Shown: one piece after another, positions 1-12,673 of the stretch | Layout: the number at the start of each line of letters is the position of its first letter | How positions within the stretch are numbered: position 1 is the first letter of the stretch | Source: Octopus vulgaris | Taxonomy: Eukaryota | NCBI GenBank assembly: GCA_951406725.2 | Contig: OX597817.1 | Location: forward strand, 84,320,001-84,384,000 | Reading direction: 5' to 3' | Length of the DNA stretch: 64,000 nucleotides | The notes under the pieces: model-generated | What the model saw: the letters and a program-made list of their open reading frames with translations, nothing else | Databases searched by the model: none | What the model was told of the DNA's origin: nothing | Program-made: the position numbers and the translations under genes

Positions 1-818
1 TTTAAACCTTGAATTTAGTATATGATTCGGCTTATTGCGTATATGTTCAAATGCCTTTCATTAAATCGAACTTTTTCCTTTCTCCCCTTTTCTGTATTTT
101 TACTCACAGTAATATTTAATTTCAGTTTCAAAACAAAGGGAAAAAATCTAGAATAGGATAAAATGAGCAATGACTAATTACTCATTATTAGTCATCTCTT
201 GAACGTTTTGGTGCATAAATATATCAGGAAGAGAGCCACTCCAGCATATTGTGAAGAAACTATAGAATAAATTATTTCATGTTGAGTTTTTAAATTTAGT
301 CGAGTTTCGTTAATTTCATGTCATGTGTCGTTGTTCCATGATCTTTCATTTGACCTGGATATTTAAAATTTTGTTGATTTTCTAATCTTACTGATGTCTA
401 AAAAAGGGTATATTAATGTGTGTGAATCTCTTCTCAAATGTAATTCTGGAGAAGTGAAGAGGTAAATTTACCATAACTTCTTACTCATTTTGCCCCATCT
501 AAATTTGTCTTTTATGCTCAAAGAGAACTGAGATTATTTTCCGATATTGTGTTCGGAATATGTCATAGTGTTTTTAATACATTTTGAGAAGGTCATTTGC
601 ATAGCGGATAAAGTTTTTGTAGGGTAGTGAACATTTGTCAAAAAATATATTCCTACTTGAAACTGGAAAAACGAACCTTCGGAATAACTGTCCCATATTG
701 GAATTTCCACGTTTTCGTCGGGATTTTCCGTTTTTTTCTTCTTTTTTATGTATTTCAAAACAACGATAGAAAACCCTTTTAAAATAAGAATTTTAAAAAT
801 CCATATCCTCTTTCTCTT

Positions 819-825
819 ACACACA

Positions 826-859
<34 letters not shown>

Positions 860-907
860 TGCACACACACGCACACATACACACGTACACACACACACAC
901 ACACACC
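819..907. repeat. (CA)n microsatellite (one of dozens of CA/TA/GA/GATA/TACA runs in the window)
   Basis: Direct sequence; source of the spurious HTHT/VCVC ORFs. Confidence 0.95.
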
Positions 908-1282
908 CTCATCGTGCCTTTGGAACAGCAACAACCACTAAACATTTTTTTTTTCTTTTTCGTAATTTTCTGTCATTTAATCGCATTCCGCATTCTGAAA
1001 CATTTGAAATTCAAATTTTTTTTTTAATTTTCGCCCTCTCGCCTTGGATGTGGGAAGAATGAAATTAGAATTTTGAAAAGTGTATCTATAAAGGAACATT
1101 TTCAGTTGTTTACTTCAATTACATGCAAAAGACGGGTTTTGAGATTTATATTCGGTTATTTTCCTAGATTTTAATTCTTGTGTATGATGGGTTCCCCGAA
1201 TTTGAAGTTCCCCAGAACCCCCATGGTTTCGATCCAGTCCCATATGCGTGTATGTGTGTGCGTGTGTGTATATGTGAGTGTA

Positions 1283-1638
1283 TTCTTTTACTTGTTTCAG
1301 TCATTTGACTGCGGCCATGCTGGAGCAACGCCTTTAGTCGAACAAATTGGCTCCAGGACTTATTCTTTGTAAGCCTAGCGCTTATTATATCGCTCTCTCT
1401 CTCTCTTACCGAACCGCTAAGTTACGAGGACGTAAACACACCAACATCGGCTGTCAAGTGATGGTGGGGGACAAGCACAAACACACATACACACAAATCT
1501 ATACATACGACGGACTTCTTTCAGTTTCCGTCTACCAAATCCACTTACAAGACTTTTGTCGGCCCGAGGCTATAGTAGACACTTACCCAAGGTGCCACGC
1601 AGTGGTTGGTAAGCAAGCTTTTTACCACATGGCCACGC

Positions 1639-1643
<5 letters not shown>
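1283..1643 (-). mobile_element. SINE family A (tRNA-derived, CORE-like body), internally deleted copy
   Basis: Matches the full copies at 9321 and 42677 (tail tttcagtcatttgactgcggccatgctggagc; body cccaaggtgccacgcagtgg). Confidence 0.9.
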
Positions 1644-1694
<51 letters not shown>

Positions 1695-1765
1695 TATGCG
1701 CATACACACACGAGTGAGTAGACAAACGAAAAAGGGCACTCAACACATTTATTGAGTGTTACATG

Positions 1766-1869
<104 letters not shown>

Positions 1870-2229
1870 TGAATATGATAGATCATGAATATATTGCCAC
1901 AGAAACAGCGAAGACATATCAACTTATGAATCAGTGATACATTTTCCCAATTTGATTGATACGTCTTCACTGTTCCAGTGGCAATTTAATCGTCTTAGGT
2001 CTCTATTGGGTTACAGATTCCTCACATCACTGAAATGATTGCCTTTTAAATGCTCTGTTTATTTTCACACCATATATATTTGTGAACAGCAGAACTAAAG
2101 ACCTCTGAGAGTATCCAGTGCACTATTGATAATTGTATTTCTGCAACGTATATATACATAGACTTGTGTGGGGTAGTTTGTGTGTGTATATATAAACGCT
2201 AATGTCTCATCACACGGGCATATACAAAA

Positions 2230-3975
2230 AATTTGTTAATACAAATTCGGTGTGTGTTGCGTGTTCCATTACTTAAATGAAAAAGCGTATGGTAAATAAA
2301 AAAAAACGTCATAACATATACTGAATGTAAAAACGAACAGGAGACAAACAGGAGGTCCGTAATTCTTCATCAGTTACCGACCAGTTGGTAATATTCAGTT
2401 TCGCACCTTTAACGATAAGACTGATCGCTTCCCACTTCGTGGTGCCCGCAAATTGGGCTGAATAAGGTTGTGAGAGCTCCAAAAGTTGAATAAAGCTGTG
2501 AGAGCTCCAGAAGTTGAATAAGGCTGTGAGAGCTCTAAAAGTTGAATAAGGCTGTGAGAGCTCCAAAAGTCCCAGATTGTTTCTCTGACACAGGACTCCA
2601 TCAGTTTGGCGACTAGACGGTAGTTGGTAACTGATGTGCGATTACTTATTTTGACTAGGGGAACGACACTGGCAATTTTCCAGTGCTCTGGAGTGACACA
2701 GTTGTTAAGGCAGAATTGAAAGAAGAATGAAAGTTGGTGCAAAAGAAAGAACCCGCCACGTTTGAGAAGCAAATAAGTAACACCATCAAGACCAGGAGAA
2801 GCATAGTTGTGCTTATTCTTGAGATGGCGTCGCAGCATTGCGGGTGTGAATTTCACAGGTGTTATAGAATTTGATGTCAGAGTTAGTGAAGAAGATACAT
2901 TTGGATTTTCAACAGTAAAAATGCCAGGATTGCATTCATTAATAAGCTCAGCACATTCCTTGGAGTCATCAGTGATCCGATCTGTGTGGGGATTTTGAAG
3001 TGGGCCACTGAAGAGTGAGGTCTCTACTTCAAACGTCCCCGTCAACAGTGGTAACAGTTCCTGTCTGCTTTGTTCCAGCGAGTGGTCTGGAGATGCTGAT
3101 GCTTTTTGTGTCTGCCTATAAGAGACAGATTGGCCATGATCGGAGTCGTAACACTGATAACAGTTTCAGGAGCAGTGGTAAAGATCAGGTCCAAAATATT
3201 ATTACCTCTTGTGAGGGAGGTGCTTACTTGGGGTCAGTTTGCATCCAGCATTACATCAAGGAAATCGCCTGCAGTTTACGGCCAACGAAAGGTTTCTCAA
3301 TCAATTTCAGGGTAGTTGAAGTCACCAGCAATGAAAAAATGGCTGTTTTCCTAGGTGCAACCCTGAGGATTTCAAAAAGCTGTGTGTCTTGGCGGTAATT
3401 TGGCGGGTGATAGTCAACTCCAAGTATCAGTGTTAACATGTTTATGCGTAATTCGCAAAAGAGTGCCGCGTGTTGTGTCTTGTTCAGATCACCACAAGGA
3501 ATTGCTGAAAAACTTGACCGAATGTAGATCTTCTCCAGAACGATAAGTACAGTCTTTACGTAACAAATTGTAAATAACTACGCTAAAAACATCATCACCA
3601 CAGAGTAGAGAGTATGCCCATGTTTCTGTGACTGTGATGAAATCGGGATCAATACTTTCGGGGTCAATACTATAGGAGTCAATACAATAGGGGTCAATAC
3701 TATAGGAGTCAAAAAGGTGCACCTTGTTGCACAAGAGCATTCAGGGATAGAAGTTTGAAACGGGGTTTAATCCCATCATGATAGTATATAGGAGATGAAA
3801 TATGTGCTTTGTTGTTCAATGGCAACTCTGAGGATAGTATTTTCTCGGGGTGATGTTCTCGTTGATGATTGTGGGAGGTGTTCCGAGAGTTTTGGATATG
3901 CGACGTTGGATCTCCAGGCTCAGGTCGGCCTTCATATTTTCCGAGTAATTTAAATAAAAAAAAGAATTTCCGCCT
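2230..3975 (-). mobile_element. Degenerate CR1/L2-group LINE (APE endonuclease + N-terminal RT), internally deleted
   Basis: Minus-strand peptides DPDFITVTETW, LLRKD, YHPPN, GDFNYP (APE) and SPGLDGV...WKIASVVPL..K...TNYR (RT domain 0/1); stops and frameshifts; 28-bp tandem repeats at 2455-2570 at the deletion junction. Confidence 0.85.
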
Positions 3976-3984
3976 TGGTTTATT

Positions 3985-4350
3985 TTATGGTTGTTGGAGG
4001 GTGGATAGCTGATGCTTCAATTACTAAAATTGCTGAATTGTTTAATATTTCATGAGGTGTAACTTCTAAAATGTTGGCATTTCCAAACCAAGATAATTCT
4101 GGGTAGAAGGCAAACTTCATAGAGGAGAACGCAGAACAGTGAATTATATTGTGTCTAAGAAAGACTCGAACTACAGCAGCAATAATCGAGCTAACCTTCG
4201 ACCTTGCCAAACCTGTGTCGACCAAAACCTCTCGTCATAAAAAAGCTAAAGCAGGTTTCTTACTTGAAGAATAGTTCAAAATTCCCTAAACAAACGTTCA
4301 GAGCTTGCATGAGGGAAGTCTTTGGCATATTTAAGCCGTGAATAACAGCA
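3985..4350 (+). mobile_element. Tc1-like transposase N-terminal (HTH) fragment
   Basis: MVVGGWIADASITKIAELFNIS*GVTSKM and ERRTVNYIVSK..RTTAA..PVSTKT resemble the Tc1 DNA-binding region; similar to 12060-12210. Confidence 0.6.
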
Positions 4351-4369
4351 AACTTGGAATAAGTCCATA

Positions 4370-4917
4370 TCTATATTAATAAGCGCGAAATTCTGTCTGT
4401 CTGGGATCCCTGTATTTCAGTCTACATTTGCTCTACATAGACATATTATACCCTTTTTGGAATCAGGATGATCCCAAGGTTGAAAATCAGGCCTTCATTT
4501 GGTTCTTGAACATCGAGCATCGGGATCTGATTTAAATGCACTTGGGTTGCTATTTCTTGCAGATAAAGTTTGGTTGATTCACACCATCTTGGTTGGCGTT
4601 CGTCAGATGATGTCAGAAATCTAGAGGGAGATAAATGACATTCCTTTCGTTAATTTTACGCCAAGATGAGAACTTTAGGACAAATTGGCCATCAGTTGAA
4701 ATTCGACTTGGGACTGGAACAAAAGAAATGATTACATTACGGAATTAATTCTCGTCCGTCTTTAATCTTTGCTCAAACTCCACTGGAGCATATATACATT
4801 ATAGACATATTATAATCATGCTATTTAGCTCTCTTTAGTTTTGGGCCGCAAGCCCATTTAGCCCCCCCCCCCAGGAGCTAGCCTAAAAGTCCGCACGGAT
4901 TGCGGCTTTTAAGCTAG
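4370..4917 (+). mobile_element. Non-autonomous Helitron-like element
   Basis: 5' TC (a|tctatattaataa...ctgtctgtctg), 3' hairpin aaaagtccgca-cggat-tgcggctttt (4885-4910), then CTAG|t; A|T target and no TSD. Confidence 0.8.
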
Positions 4918-5043
4918 TTAAATAATAAAACGTCGGTTTAATGTGTTTCCATGATTTTATCCTCTCCTGTAATACATATATTTACATATATTATATATAT
5001 TATGTATATGTGTGTGTTTGTGTGTGTGTGCGTGCGTGCGTGT

Positions 5044-5106
<63 letters not shown>

Positions 5107-6791
5107 TAATGAAATATGTATGTTTCTCTGTTATATTCTCATCAATAAAGCAATTACATATATCGAAATGTAAGCAAAATGCATTTGGCGCCAATAACGT
5201 CTATGTTATATGATAGAAAATAAATGTGCAAGTCATCATTTTAAACATTGAATTGCTTAGTAACAACCAGATATCTACATGTAATCGCTTCTGTATTTTT
5301 AGTGGATTTACAGTTGAGTCAACTGGAGGAAACTGATTAGTTCAAATTCCGTAAACTTTTTAGCCTGTTAGTAAACATCTTTGTTTCTTTTGATGTTGTA
5401 CACGCACGCACACACGCGCGCGCGCGCGCACAAACACGTATATATATATATATATGTACATACACACAAACATGTATTATTTTTATTATGTTATTAGTGG
5501 GACACAAGAATTCTTTTGGTAGTTGTCTTTTTTAAACAGTGTAGAACATACCAAATTGCAACGCAAAAGTGATTAAGTCATCACTAACGCATGAGTCGTT
5601 TCAAGCTGTTCGTTGTTACTCGGAAGGCATATGAAATGTTCAGTAGTGTTCACCTTGTTTAGTAACAGACCTTGCTTTTTAATAAAAAATCAGAAGTTTG
5701 GGGCAATTTTTTCGTTATCAGATCATCGGTAATGATTTAAGAATTTTTTTTTCTCATCATCGAACAAGTTTGAAGGATGCCTGTCCAACAAAATTTCTTA
5801 AAGAAGGAAATATATGTTGTCACGATTACTTACAAAGATTCATACATATAGACTGTCGAAATTTGAAGCAAAACAATTCTGGCACACAGTTTAGAAATTA
5901 GTGCACGAATATATATACATATATATTTGTATGAGTACAGTCAGTGTGTACGTGAATATACAAAAAAAAAAAGATTTTACTTTAGAATTATTTTTGGTGG
6001 ATGTCTTTTGTTTTATTTTTGTTTTTGTTCGCTTTTCTTTTCTTGTTGTAATAGGAAAAATAAGTTCTGCTAGTTTCTGTGTCCTTTTATTTGAAATATT
6101 TCTAGAAGCCTCGTATAAAGGATTGTTAGAAAACTATACATCTTTTGTGAAATAGATGTGGCAAAGAAAAACATGTAAAAAATAAATAGATATGAAAACG
6201 CAGTTCCAAACTCGAGGTCAAACAGCTGGTGTAGTTTATTTCTCCGTTCGTCAATGTGTATTAAACATACAAAGAAAGAAAGGAACATCATATATAAACA
6301 CGCGTAGAAAGAAAAAAAAGATGTATATAAACTCTCGTATAAAGGAAAAAATCAAAGAACGGCAAACAGCTGCATGACCACAGTGTCCTATTCATCTTTA
6401 AAAAATACATAAATTGAGATATTTAATGGGATTCTTATTGATTAACAAATCTATTCAAGCCAAGTAAAACGATAGATAAATATGTCGGAAATTTGCCGAA
6501 GTAGTTTTGTGAAGGCCTCAGAAATATACAGCAAAACAGAACATTCTTATAGAAAATTGTTTGCTTCCATTACATTTTATGAAAAAAAAAATGAAAGCTA
6601 GTAATCTTTTAATTATTTCTCTATCATTTCTCTATCTCTTTCATTTTTTTCTCTCTCCCTCAATCTCACTTGAGGAACAGCTCATCCATATAAATGCATA
6701 TATACAGAGAGTAAGGAGGGACAGACATTAACATTACACCCAAATACACCAAATTCTCTCCTCTTCCTCTCAATCTTTCTCTCTCTATGTG

Positions 6792-6854
<63 letters not shown>

Positions 6855-6972
6855 TTAACAATTAAGGATAACTTCTTAATAAGGAATCTTAACAAGAAAT
6901 TATCAGGTAGTTAGCGTGAAAAACCTCATAAGAGAAAAATTCGAAAATAATTTTTTCTTTTGAACATATTAA

Positions 6973-7164
6973 TTTATATTGTATAGAGGGCATTATTACA
7001 CATAAATGCCTCACACTAAGAGGGACATAAGTCATTACTACCAAAATTTCACTAATCGTACTGCATTAAAACTGCATTAGGTACGATTAATTTTGGTAGT
7101 AATGACTTATGTCCCTCTTAGTGTGAGGCATTTATGTGTAATAATGCCCTCTATACAATATAAA
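6973..7164. repeat. Fold-back element: 76-bp perfect inverted repeat between (TA)n runs
   Basis: 6973-7048 is the reverse complement of 7089-7164. Confidence 0.9.
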
Positions 7165-7189
7165 GTATATATATATATATATATTGAAG

Positions 7190-8703
7190 ATTTGTAGGTA
7201 CTTGGTACTTTGTTATGCAAACACAATATACTATAAGGTATACTAAATGTTTTCATAAGTCAGTACCACGTTCTATGCCCCTTCTTCAGCACTCATCTAA
7301 CCTGCTAATGTTTCCGAACACATTGCTTATATAACCACCGTATTCAGTGGTGTTAAGTTATTGGATATACCAATTTACTTATAAGACGCATTCCTGTGGT
7401 TGGTATGTAAACATTAAAGGTTTGCAGGTAGGTGGTACTCCGTCATGCAAATATAATATACTATAAGGTATACTAAATGTGTTCATGAGTCAGTACCACG
7501 TTCTAGATGAGTGTTGAAGAAGAGACAACAACCCATTTTTGTCATCGATCACAATGTCGGTTTACATCTGACGTACGTCTCGATATGAAACGTTGTAGCA
7601 AACATCAGTGCTGACTATAAGTTCTACAGAATATCTATAGAAATATGTTTCTTTATTAGCAGCACAGGGCTGGACACAGAGGGGACAAATTAAAAAGTAG
7701 AGCTTTTCTTTTGGGGGATAAAAAAAGGTGGGGTAGGTTTTCGATCAAAAGGTATCATAAAAAAAAGAGAAAAAACGATTAAGAGGGATCGTGTATCACA
7801 GAAATGTCATGATGTAAAGTGTAAAGGGGGAAACAGATAAGGTTTATCCGTGGAAAGACAAGCCTATGGAAAAGACCACGGTAACCTCGGTCAATAATGT
7901 CAAATGTTAACACATTTATTTGCAAGTAAGTAACTCTGTTTTAAATTTTTCCGGGTTCATAGGATTATGCTCAAGGTTGCTTCGTCATTCATACGTGCTA
8001 CATTCACCCACTTTTGTTTGAAACATTCGCTAGACAAAACTTGCCTCTCTAATCTCATTTTCCCTTTTAAGTGATACTTGAAGAAGTTGATGAGAGATTG
8101 ACCAGAGAGGAAAGTGTTTGTCTCCAATCCTTTCAGACGCGTCCACCAGATACATTCTTTCGCCATAGCCACAAGTATGATGAAAATAGCTCTTCCTTCC
8201 CGTTTTAAGGAAGGAGGCGTGACGATATTGACGATAGACCCGGCTAATAAACCGACTCGTCCTACACGTGACAGCAGTCGTTCGACATAAGCCCACAGGT
8301 CGGAGATGGTTGGACACTGCACGAGTGCGTGCAGAACGGTTTCGTAGCTCTGACCGCATCTCGGGCAGGTCTATAGAAATAGCCTTAACGAAGTACCACG
8401 TACCAACAAATGTTTAAGGTTTACATACCAGCCCCAGGAATGAGTCTAATATGCAAATTGGGTATATCCAATAACTCAACACCGCTGTATGCGGTGGCTA
8501 TCTAAGCAATGTATTCGGTGGATATAATGGGTTAGATGAGTGCTGAAGAAGGGGCAACAACAAGTATGGCATATACGCTCATTACCCACTTTTTGTCTTC
8601 AATCTCATTGCTTGTTTGCATCCGTCGCGATACGAAGCGTTGTAGCAGAAATAATTAGTGCTGGCTATAAGTTCTATAGAATATCTGTAGAAATAACCTT
8701 AAC
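7190..8703. repeat. Tandem/inverted ~300-bp monomer array (pLTR-like), interrupted by a LINE
   Basis: 7190-7275 repeats at 7420-7505; 7276-7445 is inverted at 8385-8555; 7504-7645 repeats at 8533-8695. Confidence 0.7.
7646..8369 (-). mobile_element. 5'-truncated L1/Tx1-group LINE 3' end with 12-bp TSD
   Basis: CPRC...ETVLHALVQC zinc knuckle and AKECIWWTR motif; TSD tctatagaaata at 7634-7645 and 8370-8381. Confidence 0.85.
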
Positions 8704-8798
8704 AAAATTATTCATATATATATATATAACAAAATTATTCATATATATATATATATACACATGCACACTCATACATACATAAAAAATACTACATAAAA

Positions 8799-8839
<41 letters not shown>

Positions 8840-9320
8840 AACAGTTTGACTCTGTTCCCAATAACTCTTTAAAATGGTTACAGGGGATGCTTAATGCTTG
8901 CAGAGAAATATACCCTTTTCTGCGAATGCATTGGGCATTCCCCACGACTACCGATTGAATAGGCCTATAGACCCGTAGGACCGGATGGATAGATCTACCT
9001 AATATACTTTGTATACTACAAATTTGGTTAATCTATGACTAAGAGCGCTATGGGCGTTTGACTAACACATAAATATATGAGTACAACTAACTCTCTTTTT
9101 AGTTGCGTGTACGTGGGTGTGTGGAGATATGTGTGGTTGTATATACGTGTCTGTATTGGTGTATTTGTACGGCTATTGTATATGCGCGTATATACATATA
9201 TGTGTGAGTATATGTATATATGTGTGTATATTTACATATATATATATATGTGTATATATATATATACATTTGCCGCGTGGAAAATGTTTATAAGCCATTT
9301 AAGAAACACACAAAATCCGT

Positions 9321-9727
9321 TACTCTTTTACTCTTTTATTTGTTTCAGTCATTTGACTGCGGCCATGCTGAAGCACCGCCTTTAATCGAGCAACTCGACC
9401 CCGGACTTATTCTTTGTAAGCCCAGTACTTATTCTATCGGTCTCTTTTGCCGAACCGCTAAGTGACGGGGACATAAACACACCAGCATCGGTTGTCAAGC
9501 AATACTAGGGGGACAAACACAAACATACACGCACACACACATATACATACATATACATATATACGACGGGCTTCTTTCAGTTTCCGTCTACCAAATCCAC
9601 TCACAAGGCTTTGGTCGGCCCGAGGCTATAGTAGAAGACACTTGCCCAAGGTGCCACGCAGTGGGACTGAACCCGGAACCATGTGGTTGGTAAACAAGCT
9701 ACTTACCACACAGCCACTCCTGCGCCT
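9321..9727 (-). mobile_element. SINE family A, full length
   Basis: Minus-strand head with A box tggctgtgtgg and B box ggttcagtccc; accttgggcaagtg CORE-like segment; tail (aagagtaa)n. Confidence 0.92.
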
Positions 9728-9767
9728 TACATTCACGCGTTACATTCACTTCAACATTTAAATCTAA

Positions 9768-9818
9768 TTTGTCAAAATATTTTCGTCGCTTTGAGACCGC
9801 GACCTGTTCACTGACAAA
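9768..9818 (-). ncRNA. Type I hammerhead-like motif, G3-C8 covariant core
   Basis: UUUGUCA-GUGAACA-G-GUCGC-9nt-GCGAC-GAAA-AUAU-UU-UGACAAA; 7-bp stem I, 5-bp stem II. Confidence 0.65.
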
Positions 9819-9964
9819 ATTCCGTGCTGCACTTGTTTTCGTTCCATTCCAGCATACGATCTCAGATCAGGTCACTTGCTATGCAAGTAAATCTCTGTAA
9901 CATATATATATATATGCATATTTGTGAGTGCGTGCGTAAGCATGTATAGGTGTGTTTCTATGTG

Positions 9965-10625
9965 TGCATTGTATCAACTCATTACGTATGATAAGAAGTG
10001 GATACTCTTTGATAGAAGCAGAAGGACAGGACAATGGTTAAATGCAGGAAAGTCACCAAAACACTACCTAAAACCACCATTGCACTCTAAAAAGTTGATG
10101 GTTACTGTATGGTGGTCAACAAAGCGTGTTATTCATTATTCATTTTTGCAACAAGGAAAAACTATAACAGCAAAATTCTATTGTCAGGAAATTGATTGTA
10201 TGCATGAATAATTTAAAAAGAAGCAACCTAGATTAGTGAATAGAGATGGCCCAATTTTGCTTCATGATAATGCACGGCCTCACACTTCTCAAGCTACGGT
10301 CCACAAGCTGCAAATCCTTAATTATAAAGTTTTGGCGCATCCTCCTTATTCTCCTGATATCTCTCCTACTGATTATCACATATTTAAACACTTCAAGCTT
10401 GCTATGCGCAATACAACATTCTTACATAAAGAAGAGGTAATTGAAGCATTCGAACAGTTTATCAGTGTAAAAGATGACAAATTCTTTGAAGATGGAATAT
10501 ATGCCTTGGAGGAACGTTGGAGGAAGAGGAAGGTCATAAAGGAACAATTATTATATTTTGATTAAATAAATATTCTAAAACTTTAAAAATATTTCAATGT
10601 TTCCGTTTTTCAAATGCGACATTTC
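9965..10625 (+). mobile_element. mariner (DD34D) transposase 3' half, degenerate
   Basis: ITYDKKW, KKLMVTVWW, LLHDNARPH, HPPYSPDISPTDYH motifs; in-frame stop at ~10209. Confidence 0.92.
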
Positions 10626-11259
10626 AAGTGAGACATCCTAATATATATATATTAGGAACAAGAACACAAAACATCCGGAGGACAACTAGGTGACACAAAA
10701 AGGGACAACTAGGTGACACAAAAAGGGACAACAAAACATCCAGATAGACGATACAAAGAAAACAAGGACGGATCATTCGAAGTTTTCTATCTTCAGTCAA
10801 AAACCAGATTATCCTCACAATTTCAGCTGATTATTCTTGAGATTGCTCCAATCAAGCCAGCCCCAAGGAACAACTAAGCTAAGAGCGTTAGATTCCTTGG
10901 AAGAAACCAGCGAATGTATACAAAAACAAGGACTGAAATAATGGACAATGTTACACAAATATAAATGCAATAAAAAAATAAATACACTAAAAATATACAA
11001 TAAGAATAATAATAGGACAAAACAACAGGTGTCTTAAGACTAAGGACGAATTGAATTAAGCTGGCGCGTGTGGAAATGAAGCCTTACGGCAGAGATACAA
11101 GAATTTCACGAACATATGGAAGAATATCGGTGTTGCATGGACCACGGTCAGAAAAAGAAAGAGCAGGCTGGCCGATCGGTCACGTGGGAAGAGGAGAGAG
11201 AGAAGTAGAAGCAGAGGGACAGAAGAATTATATATATATAGATATATATAAGGTTGTAC

Positions 11260-12260
11260 AAGATCATAGACACAATTAAGTGGAAATTTTATAATTTAAT
11301 ACGAAATGGTCAAACTTTAGTATAAATAAAGGCTTCAACATGTCCGGCAATTCATTGGTACATGTTCGGGTATTTTCAACCATTCTACCATTAAAACTTG
11401 CTTTAGCGCTTTCATCGGCGACGATGGAGAGAAGCGGTTTTTCACATGCTGCTACAATATGTACCATAAACGTTCGATTATATTGAGATCTGGTTATTGT
11501 AGCAATCAATCCAAGTGGTTTACTTCGCTTTTGAGCTCTTCGTAGCAACTTTGAACAATATGCATTCACTTTTGAGCTCTTTGTGGCAATTTCGAATAAC
11601 ATGCATATAAATCGACGCATTATCGTCCTGGAATATTGCGCTACCATTAGGGAACATTGTTTGTACCAAAACCTGGACATGATTAGCCAAAATATTCAGA
11701 CAGTCATTGACGTTAAATCTACCATATACGAAAAGGTGCTGAAAAGGTTTTGGCTTTAGGTAAAAGAAAATATAGAGGGCTCAGTTACGATTTTATTCAA
11801 CATATTCCCCTCTCAGATTCACACATTTATTGCAGCGGTACTTCAGTTTTTCTAAGCTCTGTATAAGGACTCGAAAATTTAGGCCTCCAACGCAAACCCA
11901 CCTCCATGCTTTACGGTGAGTATCAAACAAATAGGGTTGAAGGCTTCTTCGCGTTTTCTCCAGACATATGCACGCCTCGAAATAGCAAAACGCGTGAATT
12001 ATGATTCCTCAGAGAACTATTGACCACTTCTAATAGTTTAGACGCCATATTTTCTACTTATCATTGTTGATAGAAAACAGAAGCAAATTAGTAATTGCAA
12101 CCCTCTTATGATATTCAGTTTTACAGAGCTCACGGTTTACATAGGGTTGACAAGATGGTGGTTTAGCTCTTCTTTTGCTGCTGTAGTTCAACTTATTTTA
12201 GACACAATACATCATACTGTTCTGCGGATCCTCACTTGAGAGCTTTGCCTCTCGCCAAGG
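11260..12260 (-). mobile_element. Tc1 (DD34E) transposase remnant split by a mariner fragment
   Basis: Minus strand: VWRKREEAFNP..LTVKHGGG (11890-12000), LNILANHVQ..MFPNGSAIFQDDNA (11600-11700), PDLNIIERLW (~11460-11490). Confidence 0.8.
11725..11890 (-). mobile_element. mariner 3' end with TIR remnant nested in the Tc1
   Basis: EKLKYRCNKCVNLRGEYVE* (typical mariner C-terminus) followed by a TIR-like end and TA. Confidence 0.75.
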
Positions 12261-12673
12261 ATTATGCTTGTGAAAGCTGATTTTACCTTGGTTTTGGAAT
12301 GCCAACAGAATCTTAGTGATTGTACCTCTGGGAACATTAAACAATTCAGCCCCTCTGGTGATTGAAGCTCCAACCACCCACGCTCCAAAAATTTGTGCCC
12401 TTTGAAAATCTCACGGGTCACGAATTTTAACTTTCTTAGCTATAAATATCCATAATTAATGTAAAATAGGGGACCACATCATAGAGTACAAGATATATGT
12501 AATGTTTATGAGTACATATGTACAAACATATTTTCATTTCTCATATTGCCCATTAAAAAGTGTAAATAAATAGTAGCCTTCATCATTTTACCCAAACACA
12601 TACGCGCGCGCGCACAGACGCACACACATGTACACACACGCACGCATGCAGACACACATATAAATATTATATA

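Noticed and set aside
370-470. MSKKGYINVCESLLKC peptide followed by a GT donor, ankyrin-like
   Set aside because: No acceptor, lacks TPLH, too short, and no partner exons
534-1062. 122-aa and 104-aa ORFs
   Set aside because: Held open by the (CA)n run; no homology or splice support
2455-2570. Regular 28-bp repeats, CRISPR-like at first glance
   Set aside because: No spacers; slippage repeats within a LINE in a eukaryotic context
10755-10805. Minus-strand CUGAAGA..GAAU..GUC motif
   Set aside because: No stem I pairing and GAAA is broken
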